Below are positions 53,170 through 64,000 of a stretch of DNA of 64,000 nucleotides, piece by piece. Under the pieces are notes generated by a model. That model saw only the letters and a program-made list of their open reading frames with translations, searched no databases and was not told the DNA's origin. The first letter of the stretch is position 1. Each line of letters begins with the position of its first letter. The translations under genes and the position numbers were made by a program. Location: positions 96,224,001 to 96,288,000 of the forward strand of contig NW_026262745.1 of assembly GCF_021869535.1 (NCBI RefSeq), given 5' to 3'. The DNA is from Mytilus californianus (Eukaryota).

Positions 53170-54460
53170 TTATATATAGATATAAGAAGATGTGGTATGA
53201 GTGCAAATGAGACAACTCTCCATCCAAGTCGTAATTTATAAAAGTAAACCATTATAGGTCAAAGTACGGTCTTCAACACAGATCCTTGGCTCACACCGAA
53301 CAGCAAGCTATAAAGGGCCCCAAAAAATTACTGGTGTAAAACCATTCAAACGAGAAAACCCACAGTCTAATCTATATAAAAAACGAGAAACGAGAAACAC
53401 TTATGAACCACATCAACAAACGACAACTAACTAACATCAGATTCCTAACTTAGGACAGGTGCAAACAATTGCAGCAGGTTTAAACGTTTTAATGGTACCA
53501 AACCTTCACCCTTATCTGAAACAATAGTGTAACATCACAACATAGAAAGACACACTATAAAATATCAATTGAAATGGCATAACTCAATAAAAAAAACGTA
53601 GTAACACGAATGAACATACACTGAACGAAAAAAATTGATCTATGATACAATGCAAATACAAAGTTAATAAAAATTAGGGATGAATAATTAAAGTAAAAGT
53701 ATTATACCGCTGTGAAAACATTTTCAGAAAAAAACATCAACCTTGAAAAAAAATTTAGCCATTTGCAATAAAATTAAACACAGGTAAATGAAAATAATTT
53801 TGTTGATAGGTATACTTCTTCTGTCTGTATAACCTTCCTTCGGGTGAGTATCAACAATAAAACTATAAAATCGGAGCTCGATAAAACCTCGTGTTTTTCA
53901 TGTGCAGGTTCGATGAGTTTACACGGATCACATAGTGATTTCCGTGCTTTTAGTACAATATTACCGTAAAACTAAGGATGTGAAGTACCGTTTTTAATAA
54001 GTTTTCTACAGATACAGCCAAATTTACTTATCAAATCTTTGTATCTATGAAAGAATTTAGTAAAAGTTTTATGTAATTTATGGTAAAGAAATCCCTGACT
54101 TAATAATTTACCAGTGATGCATTGATTACGTTCGTTAAAATCTATGACATCACTACACACACGGGAATAACGAACGGGTTGGGATATATAAACACCGTAT
54201 GATGGAGCCAAAGGAACATTTCCGTCTAAAAAAGAAAATTTAACAATAGGGAATGAAAAATCGTCTCTATTGTTGTAAATTTTTGTATGGAGTTTCCCTT
54301 TAGAAATTGAAATGTCTAAATCTAGAAAAGGGCAACTACTGCTGTTTATGTAAGTTCTTGTAAATTTCAGTAGTATATTTAGAGAACTCTGGATTATTCA
54401 TCGAAAAAATATCATCCAGATAACAGTAGGTATTGTTGAATGTATCAACCAAATGTAAAA
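53170..54460 (-). mobile_element. Second copy of the same Penelope-like element, inverted and internally deleted
   Basis: ORF 53972-54211 APSYGVYISQPVRYSRVCSDVIDFNERNQCITGKLLSQG is nearly identical to the + copy and shares its 3' terminus. Confidence 0.8.
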
Positions 54461-57400
54461 ATAACGTGTCTGTTATTTTCTAAGACCAAGGTTCATAATG
54501 ATTATACTCAAAATATGTGTTAGGGGACAGCATGCATAAAAGACTTACAACGGCATAAATAGTTCAACAGTTAAATGTATTTCTATATTGCTAAGGCTTT
54601 TAATAACTTTATTTCAAATGTATGTGTTTTATGGATCAATACTTCAAATATCATTAAGATATAATCAAAAAGTCATAAATATGACAACAATAAAGTTTAA
54701 CTATTCAATGACTTGTGTATAACTATACAAATAAAACGACTTAGATATCAGATTTCAGTTTATAGTAAAAGCGTTATTGCTTCGATAATTCAGTTTAAAA
54801 CACTGGTTGGATTTGTTTTTTATCTGTACGGTATGTTGTTTATTTCAAATTATTAAACACTACAAATGTCTAAATGGCTTTTGCATCGGTCAAGCAGGTA
54901 CGTCAACATAACTTTGTAATTATAAAACCATACCAAAGCACACATGGACCGACTTCGAGCGTGTACCATAGTTTAGTTAAGGTCGAGTTGATGCGCATTT
55001 CTGGTTGATAAATTCGCCAAAACTCATTTTCCGAGTTAACATTTTTCAAAGATGGTGGTGTTGACTAGTCCTACTTCGGGAATATAGTCTATCCAAAGTT
55101 CGTGAAATATTTCCATCATAAATACAAGTATTAAAATTGTGTACGCTAGACGCACGTTTATTCTACAAAAGACCTAACAGTAACGCTTGTATAAAAATGT
55201 TAACTTGAGCTGGGCCATAATGGCGTCATCATCCATACTTTTATGTTGATCACTTTATTTAACTTAAATGATATCAAAACAACCTACAAAATCAGGAAAA
55301 TGCAAGTGGTGGTGTTATAGATACTTTCAATGATTATGTTGGGATTAAAAAATAACATTTTAAGTTTCAACCAATGGCCATAATTAGCAAAGTTTCCTTC
55401 ACTGATTTTGGAAAATGAATCTATGTAAAAACCCTCATGATTTTTATTAGTTGGCATATAAATATTTATAATGAGGATTTGTTTCGACCTAAAACATTGG
55501 TTCAAAGATAGTAATGGGTTTAATAAGTCACATCATCAAATTAAATTAACAAACTTTCTCTTATTTTTAAACTTGACGGAATGTAACAGTATGCAGCTAT
55601 TCACTATCGCATTTCCTCGAATAATGATATCGCATCAACGGGACACATACTTCTTTTGCATGCGCCAATTTCATGTAGAAATAGATAAGTTAACGTTAAT
55701 TTTTGATCGAAATACTGATTGTTGTATAAAGCTAGGGAATCAATCTACCTCTATGTTCATTCTAACATTCTCATGCAGTTTTAAAATTCACTTAGAAATA
55801 AAACGTTTTCGTGTTTGTCCCATAGAATAAATAATTCATGTTACGCTCTATGCTAATCAAATGTGTATACGTTGTATCTGTCAATAAGTATTTAGCATCG
55901 CATGAAAGAACGTTTTATTCATACACTGCAGTATGAGTACTCAAAATACAATGCTCTGTTGACATTTATTTATCGGTGCAATTTATATTAAGCGTATATC
56001 TTTTTAAGCAAATACCTTATCATAATATCTGTATTGATTGAGCTTATAATTGTATAATATTTTTGCGTCGTAAATAATGTAATATTATCCTTAATCAATG
56101 TTAATATAATGGTTTCATTAAATGTCTTGTCAAAAACCTTTATGAAGTATTATTTGGCAATACAAAATTGATTTGAAAAGTAAAATGACCCACAGGGAGA
56201 TGACATATGACTACAACACAAAAATTAAATGTTAAACTACAAAACATTAAATTAGTTAAATATCACATGACAAGCGAGAAAACTGAATTTACAGTGTTGT
56301 CAATTTTAACTAAACCGTTTCACACGCACAACATCTGGTACTAGCGATAATTATATTTGCAAGGTATGTTCCTACTTTCATTTGACAAAACAGAAAAAAA
56401 TTAAAGAAATCGCAATAGTTATGTATACATGTACATGTATGTTTTACTTCTACAATAAAAATATTTATTCATATATTTAATTTATATATATTTCCGAATA
56501 ACGGTGAGGATCCAGATGTGATTAAAAATTTTAAACCCGGAGTTATTTATTCCACCATTATTATCTCGACATCGTAGTTCAAAAATATTAATTAAATGTT
56601 GACAAAGAAATATGTCACGCCTGTTCGTCGTTTTAATAGACGTTAATAAAATTCAAATATTGGCAAAACTATTTTTATGTTCATTTTAGAACAAACATCA
56701 CTGAAGAGACATGTATTGCCGAAATGCTTTTTTTGTGCAGAAATTTGGTATCGATTATGTAATTACTATCATAAGGTCGATACCTCTGCTGTTGGAATAT
56801 TAGCCCCCGAGGTTATCTCTAGCCCAGTAGCCGGTTATTCGTTACTGTCATGAAAATACGGATATTGTGTTATATAAAAATACTGTTAAAAGTTTTTGGG
56901 AATTATTCTGATATAAACAAAGTTTTTATTCCTTGGCCTTCTTTCGTTATACTTTTTGATTTATTAGATTATTTTTTTTTATTTCTTATTCTTTTTTTAA
57001 AAGGTTTGGATTTCCATAAAGCTAGGCCTCGAGCATTATCGAAGAAACATGAATTGTTGAAATGCACGTTTGGTTCAGAAAATATGAACGTTAATGTTAT
57101 TTCGAAATAAATCAACTTTGACTGAGCTCAAAAGGCAAAACTTCATCGTGGAAATGAGACCATATCGTTAGAATCAAACTATTTCAGCAGCTGTTTTGTT
57201 AGCAATCGGTATGATTACTTATAAAACAGCTGCTGAAATAGTTTGTCTTATTCTAGGTGTTCTATATTTGACCAATCATAAACAGTTAGATGTAAATTAT
57301 GCAAACTTTTCAAAGTCAACGAATTATTACCGGGACAGTAAGCCAAAAACGATATCCCATGAAAAACAGATGCTAATACAACTGTATATCATTGACTTAC

Positions 57401-57755
57401 CATATCAGCCCACTTAAACTGACATAATAACAACTACAAACTACGCATAATATTCGACTGAAGGGACGTGCATTAATGTGTTTATGTTTTGTATCAATCA
57501 TTTTCATAAATACCTTTGAAGCTTTTTAATAACACAGAATTGTGTTAATTGTTATTAAGAACATGTTGTTGTTTTACACACACATTTAAGCTACTGAATT
57601 AAAAATACCCGGGTACACATCAATGAGACAGCAACTGCAACCACAATGTACCGGTATGGGCTCTCATTCTCTTCATAACACAAGAAAAGATTATATTTGT
57701 TTTAATTTTTGCTTTAGGTGTATCTTTCAATAAGTCAACCGAAGAAAATTCCAAT

Positions 57756-59282
57756 ATGAGCGATACGACAAGACAAGATCCAAACACAGGTGATATTTTA
57801 AATAAAGTTTCGGATTACTGTGATCATCATGCAGACGAAAAAGTAATACAATTTTGCATTCAACACGATGTTTTGATTTGTAAAGAATGTGCCAGGGATC
57901 ACCACAGTGAATGCGAATCGATCATTTCCATTAATTCAGCAATCAAAGATGCCAAATATGGAAGCGCATTCACAGACATTGAAACAAGAATTGAACAACT
58001 GAATCGAAAAATAAGAAATGTTTCAACGAGGCAGACGCATGACTACAATTACCTGTCGACTAAGAAAGACAAAATTAAAAATAAGATTTCGACTGTGCGG
58101 AAAACGATAAATGATTACCTCGATAAAATTGAAAATGAAACGGAAGACATTTTAAACGATAAAATGAATGAATGTAAGGAGAGAATTGAGCATGATAAAG
58201 AAAAGATAAAAGATATAGAAAAGCGCCTCATCAAAAGATCAGATGAAATCAAATGGCTTAAAGAAAGCGGTACGGACTATCAATTCTTAAAAGCAGTGAA
58301 ATTTTGGGATAAAAGCACAAAGAACGACGAGACCGATATGCTAGCTTATAGTCATAAGGTAAAATTTAAATTTAAATCACAGATCACAGAAAAAATATTG
58401 CATGATATACTACCTGAAATAGGTAAATTATCAATAAAAGTACAAACTTTTAATTTCGGAAAAGACCAAGTACTGCAATCGCAGGTTATTTCAACACCAA
58501 CCTACAGTTGTATTACGCATGATAAAACTTTCGAAGCAGTCCTGCTCACTGAACGCATATTAGTGAATAGTGGTTGTTTTGTTTCTGCAGATATGCTACT
58601 GTGCTGTAATAGTAATAAGAAATCACTACATTATTTTAAAGATGATGGCGTCCATTTTGGAGTTATCAAATTAAAGTATGAACCGTGTTGTGTAACACTA
58701 TACGATCCTAATAGAATTATTGTTGCAGCCGACAATCGCGGTTTTCAAATTATATACCTTGACATTATGAGTTATGAACATGAAAATGAATTTATAAAAA
58801 CGCCTAGTGGATTCTGTTGGACTGTATCTGCCAATTCTGAAAGAATTTGTGCAAATTCGGGATACACTAAATTGTTCATAGTCAACATTGGTGGAGAAAT
58901 TCTGTCTGAAATTGTCACAACTTTAAAAATTAAAACTGTCTGTTTAAGTAATACTGGGACAATATATTGGACAAATTTCGACAACAACGAAATACATACT
59001 GTACAACCTGACGGGAAGCAAGAACTATTCTTTTCCAGTCATGAATTAGTGGATCCAAGAGGTTTAGCTGTTGATGGCAAATGTAATGTTTATGTTGCCG
59101 GATATATGTCGAACAATATTTTTATGATATCAAAAGATAAAAGAAAAGTGAAAGTTATTTTGAATTATAAAGACCAGATCAAATCGCCGATAGATCTCAC
59201 ATTTCATTCAGAAACCAACAGACTGATGGTGGTGAACGATCGTTGTAAATCTGTTAAAATCTACTTCCTTCCTACGTCCTAG
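57756..59282 (+). CDS. RING-less TRIM-like protein: B-box, coiled coil, NHL/beta-propeller (508 aa)
   Basis: Intact ORF; B-box CDHHADEKVIQFCIQHDVLICKECARDHHSEC; heptad-rich K/E segment; NHL-like repeats (PRGLAVDGKCNVYVAG, SPIDLTFH). Acceptor ttttgctttag at 57716-57717 and AATAAA just after the stop. Confidence 0.88.
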   Translation: MSDTTRQDPNTGDILNKVSDYCDHHADEKVIQFCIQHDVLICKECARDHHSECESIISINSAIKDAKYGSAFTDIETRIEQLNRKIRNVSTRQTHDYNYLSTKKDKIKNKISTVRKTINDYLDKIENETEDILNDKMNECKERIEHDKEKIKDIEKRLIKRSDEIKWLKESGTDYQFLKAVKFWDKSTKNDETDMLAYSHKVKFKFKSQITEKILHDILPEIGKLSIKVQTFNFGKDQVLQSQVISTPTYSCITHDKTFEAVLLTERILVNSGCFVSADMLLCCNSNKKSLHYFKDDGVHFGVIKLKYEPCCVTLYDPNRIIVAADNRGFQIIYLDIMSYEHENEFIKTPSGFCWTVSANSERICANSGYTKLFIVNIGGEILSEIVTTLKIKTVCLSNTGTIYWTNFDNNEIHTVQPDGKQELFFSSHELVDPRGLAVDGKCNVYVAGYMSNNIFMISKDKRKVKVILNYKDQIKSPIDLTFHSETNRLMVVNDRCKSVKIYFLPTS

Positions 59283-60059
59283 TTAGTTATAGAATAAACA
59301 AAAAGTGTTATACGCCATATACTTCTTGTGGAATTTGTCTAGTTTTGCATCAAACAGTTTTCTTGACAAGTATAATAATATACACACATATCATTTGGTA
59401 AAATGCATGTTGCGTATAAATAATTTTAAATTAGTTGTTTGACATGGTTTGTGTAAACTCAAAAAAAGTAAAATAACAAAAATACCGAACTCCGAGGAAA
59501 ATTCAAAACGGAAAGTCCGTAATTAAATAGCAAAACCAAAAGATCAAATACATCAAACGAATGGATAACAACTGTCTATTTCCTGACTTGGAACAGGCAT
59601 TTCTCGTGTAGAAAATGGTGGATGAAACCTGGTTTAATAGCTAGCTAAACCTCTCACTTGTAAAAAATTCCATTGTATTGACAACGATGTGTGAACAATA
59701 CAAACGAGACACAATGGGTAAACATGTCAAAAATAGGGGTACGGCAGTCAACATTGTGTGATAATCTTAATCAGTATAAAAACAAACAAATATGTAACAA
59801 AGAAACACAAAACGGCATATAGATAAAGCACGCTAGGAAAAACGAAAGACAAGAATACGAAAACTTATCATAGCACAATAACACAAGACGGGATGTATAA
59901 GTACAGGACCATGTCATATGTAACAAAGAAACATAAAAAAGGCATATAGACAAATCACATAAGCAAAAATGAAAGACAAGAATACAAAAATTTACCATAG
60001 CACAATAAAACAATGACGGGCTGAATAATTACAGAGCTACGTCAAATTGATATCACTAA

Positions 60060-60732
60060 AAACAGTAGTTGTCGTTTGTTGATGTGGTATTATTTGTATT
60101 TTTATCCATCTGATGAGTTAAGCCTTTTTCAACTGATTTTTATAGTTCGTTCTAATGTTGTACTGTTACACCACTGTCCCAGGTTAGGGGGGAGGTTTGG
60201 GATCCCGCTAACATGTTTAACCCCACCACATTCTGTATGTATGTGCCTGTCCCAAGTCAGGAGCCTGTAATTCAGTGGTTGTCGTTTGTTTATGTGTTAC
60301 ATATTTGTTTTTGTTCATTTTTTGTGCATAAATTAGGCCTTTACATTGTCATTTCGGGGCCTTTTATAGCTGACTATGCGGTATGGGCTTTGATCATTGT
60401 TGAAGGCCATACGGTGACCTATAGTTGTTAATTTCTGTGTCATTTGGTCTCTTGTGGAGAGTTGTCTCATTGGCAATCATACCACATCTTCTTTTTTATA
60501 TTCATAAGTGTTTCTCGTTTCTCGTTTTTTATAAAGATTAGACCGTTGGTTTTTCCGTTTGAATGGTTTTACACTAGTAGTTTTGGGGGCATTTTATAGC
60601 CTGCTGTTCTTTGTGAGCCAAGGCTCCGTATTGAAGGCCGTACTTAGACCTATAATGATTTACTTTTATGAATTGTTACTTGGATGGAGCGTTGTCTCAT
60701 TGGCACTCATACCACATCTTCTTATATCTATA
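60060..60732 (+). repeat. Two adjacent copies of repeats ending in gagagttgtctcattggca(a/c)tcataccacatcttc
   Basis: 60060-60497 matches 49745-50200 (-) and 41470-41790 (-); 60500-60732 matches the 3' end of the Penelope-like element at 47640-47870. Confidence 0.8.
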
Positions 60733-63700
60733 AATTGTAAAAGTAATATTCATAAAGACAAATAAAAGAATACTATAACACGTTATTAAGATAAAAGACA
60801 CCGTCAGTACCCAGAATCTATACTTCAACATCATCGTGAATTATTTGTGAAGTTGATACGGAATATGGGCTTATTTTCAAACTGGTTCACATTAAAGTCC
60901 AACGTATCCAAAATTTAACTTTGTTGGGATTCTTCATAAGTTTAGTTTGATCTGAACAAAAATTGAATTCTTGCGATTCTTTGAAATGCTGAATCTAAAC
61001 ATGTAAATGGATTTTACAACATACCTGATGTAAAAAAGCTGTAATGTAGCTCACACCGCCCCCTCTTTGATCGTCTTTTTCAATCTATCTATCTATCATA
61101 GTTTTCAAGATGATAGGTAAAAACAAAAACTATTGGAAATAAAAGGCTCCGCTAGGCGCACCTTGATACGACCGCAGATGTCAAATCATGAACAGTTGGG
61201 GCAAGTATGGACACTACATTCAAGCTAAAAAAAGCTCTGAATTTAGATTGCGATTGCATATTAGACATAGCATAGTTTTGTGACATAAAGTGAATGTGGT
61301 CAAAGAACTTCAAAATCAAAATGCATGGTTAAAATCAGCATAACAAAGAACCCAACGAGTTAATTTTTTGAAGAAATCCAACAAAGTTTAATTTTAGAAC
61401 CTTAAGACCGCAATGTGGAACAATTTGATAACAGTTCCCAAAATCCAAAATCTAAATACACCCTTTAATTCAGCATATAAAAGAACCACCTATATCATTT
61501 TTTTGTTAAAATCAAACTAGCTTAACTTTGGATCTTAATTCCAACCAAATTGAAAACTGTGCCTAATAAAAAAAATCCAATTATATGTTTAGATTCATTA
61601 TTTTAAAGAATCGCAAGAATTCAATTTTTTATTTGACAAAATTCAAGTTTAATTTTGGATACTATGGACCTTAATGTGGACCAGTTTTGAAAAAGAGCCG
61701 AAAATCAAAAATCTGAATACCCGGTTAGATTCAGCATATTAAAAAAACCCACGACTTCAAGACTTTGAATTAAACCCCACTGAAATTGGTCAAGAAATAA
61801 GCAATTCATACCAAGTATTACAGAAATATTGTTTTAGTACCTTTTCCCTAAAACGGAAGGGTCATAACCCAAAAATCAATCTCAACCTTACTTTTTTTAA
61901 CACCTTGTTAATTTTGTCTTGGAGAAAGACTGGGCGTGACTTTTTCCACCTCCATGTTGAATCAGCCAATATCCAGATATCGCTGAAATACCCTACTATT
62001 CACCTGTTCAGAGTTGTCCAATCTCTCAGAGTTGCATTTAGTCCAAATGATTATGACGTCTTGAAAGGCTTTTTTTAGTTTTTTCTGTGACACCTTTCTA
62101 CTACGTAGAAGGAAGGCGATACAGTAAAAAAAATAAGAAAAATAAATATCCTTTAAAAACGTCATAATACATTGAACTTAGTCGCATTGTGCCCCAAATT
62201 TTCATTTCTATACACCCTGTTTACATATAGAGATGATTATTCATTTCATGTACTAGTAAATATTTATGCACAATATTTCTTTAATCAATATGCATGTATT
62301 TAATACTATAAACAGCTTACTATTTTCTACTGAACTAGAAGTTGTTCCTTCCACGAGAGGCATGACTGTGGCAGAAGTTTCTATTTTTGAAGTTTTCTAC
62401 ACTTCTAGTATAGTCTCCACCACAATAGTCTCTAACCAAACACACATGTTGGTTGCAACCATGTGTATCAGACCAAATCTTGCAAGTGTCTTGTGGCGTT
62501 AGATATACATCTGAAATTTAAGACTGATTGTAATAGTGGACACTAAATGTATACTTAACCCCTTACGAGAGGGATTGTGCTAGTAGTCCTTTGTTAATTT
62601 ATGTATCATTGTCATTTTGCTTAGTTTCATTTGTTACCTATTCTGACATCAGACTCCCACTTCTTGTAAACTGAGTTTTACTGTGCGTATTGATTTGTGT
62701 TAGTTTTTTCTACATTAGCTAGAGGTATGAGGGATTGAGATCTCACAAAACATGTTTAACCCTCCGTATGTTTGCGCCTGTACGAGGTCAATAGCCTCTG
62801 GTCTTTATTAGCCTTGTATGTTAGAACATATTATTTTTTAGTGGCCAGGTGAAGCCAGCCTCCGTGTTCGGAATTTCCTCGCCTTGTTGAAGAAGGTGGC
62901 CCTGGGTTTTTTTCTGCTCTTAGGGTTGTCTCTTTGACGCACTCTCCATTTCCATTAGAAGTTGAGGCTGGTATAGCCCCACTCCTCTATGGACCTACAT
63001 ATATGTTTAATTACAGTATTAAATATAAACAAGTACTGTATCAAAATTGACACAGACGAGTAATACTTAAGAATTGAATGCTTCTTTTTGTAAATTCATT
63101 TGTGTGTAAAAGCGTTGACCGAAGTACATTTTGTATGAAGCGCGGAAGCGCTTCATTCTAAATATGTGGGCACGGTCAACGCTTTTACAACCCTATGAAA
63201 TTACTAAAAGAAGCATTCAATACTTATAAATACATTTTTTCGCTATTATCATGAAAAATCGATTTTTATCATTTATTTCTTTAAATAACCTGTGCACTTT
63301 TTTGTGATAGCACATGTCATAATGTATGTGAAACTTCATTGGGATATGAAGGTGAATTTTAGTATGACGCACAAGCGTTGTTATCCAATCAAAATAACGG
63401 ATTCTTTTGAAACATACATTTAATGTAATTATTAGTAGTTACAAAGCGTGACTTTGATTAATTTGATTAGTAAATGCTTTGATGTATATATATAAGGTTT
63501 ATTAATAGCAGCAAAACGTTAATTTAAAACAGGAATTTATATAGGTTAACTAATCTTACAACGCACTGAAGTTGATATATTTCTCAGAAGTTTTTTCCTA
63601 GCAGTTTATCAACAAGAAGTATAACATTATCTCAGATTATTTTCCTCTATCAGGATTTTCCTGTGTGATTAATATCGGAATATTGAGATAAATAGTTGGA

Positions 63701-64000
63701 AGATATATATTAATAACATTATATGTAAATCGTTAAACTTCAAAGTAAACATGTGTGCACACCTGTGTCTAAGGTATAAATAAGTTTACATCAATTACAG
63801 CATGTTAAACTTTGTTATATAGTGTTCTCAGTGCATATACATGTACATCATTACAACTTCCAATTATCGAAGCACCTTCAGAGGTTCTACATATTACCTA
63901 TTATATGTCTTTTTGTTTTATTCACACATTGTTGACAACATAATGAAATTGTATCCGACTGCCACACAAACGAGAAGTTTAGCTAGCTATAAAACCAGGT

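Noticed and set aside
62321-62510. Minus-strand Cys-rich plus Ser/Thr-rich exon between good splice sites
   Set aside because: All three frames contain stops and no family was recognisable; it could be a relic of a gene continuing beyond the window.

Overview
AT-rich, repeat-dense animal genomic DNA with spliceosomal GT-AG introns. It is most likely a bivalve such as Mytilus; this is inferred from the repeat families, the HSPA12-type gene and the B-box/NHL gene, not from a database search. The ORF track shows only fragments, but manual splicing gives one phase-consistent 16-exon chain on the minus strand (33568 to 4974, about 1,335 codons). It runs: Cys/His-rich DZIP3-like HEPN region, possible TIR-like segment, acidic linkers, C2HC zinc finger, a 100-aa alpha/beta module (TRADD-N-like?), second C2HC zinc finger, then a complete HSPA12-type HSP70 ATPase. 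The 5' part carries four nonsense codons and a frameshift; the 3' part has only one homopolymer-adjacent frameshift. The window also holds an intact RING-less B-box/coiled-coil/NHL-propeller (TRIM-like) ORF at 57756-59282 and a disabled B3GAT-like glucuronosyltransferase exon. Repeats include several Penelope-like RT remnants, an 885-bp MITE with an 8-bp TSD, a perfect 239-bp palindrome, tRNA-derived SINEs in a 441-bp tandem unit, 40-, 43- and 60-bp tandem arrays and many dispersed copies. There is a 138-N assembly gap. Repeat boundaries are approximate; exon boundaries were read base by base.
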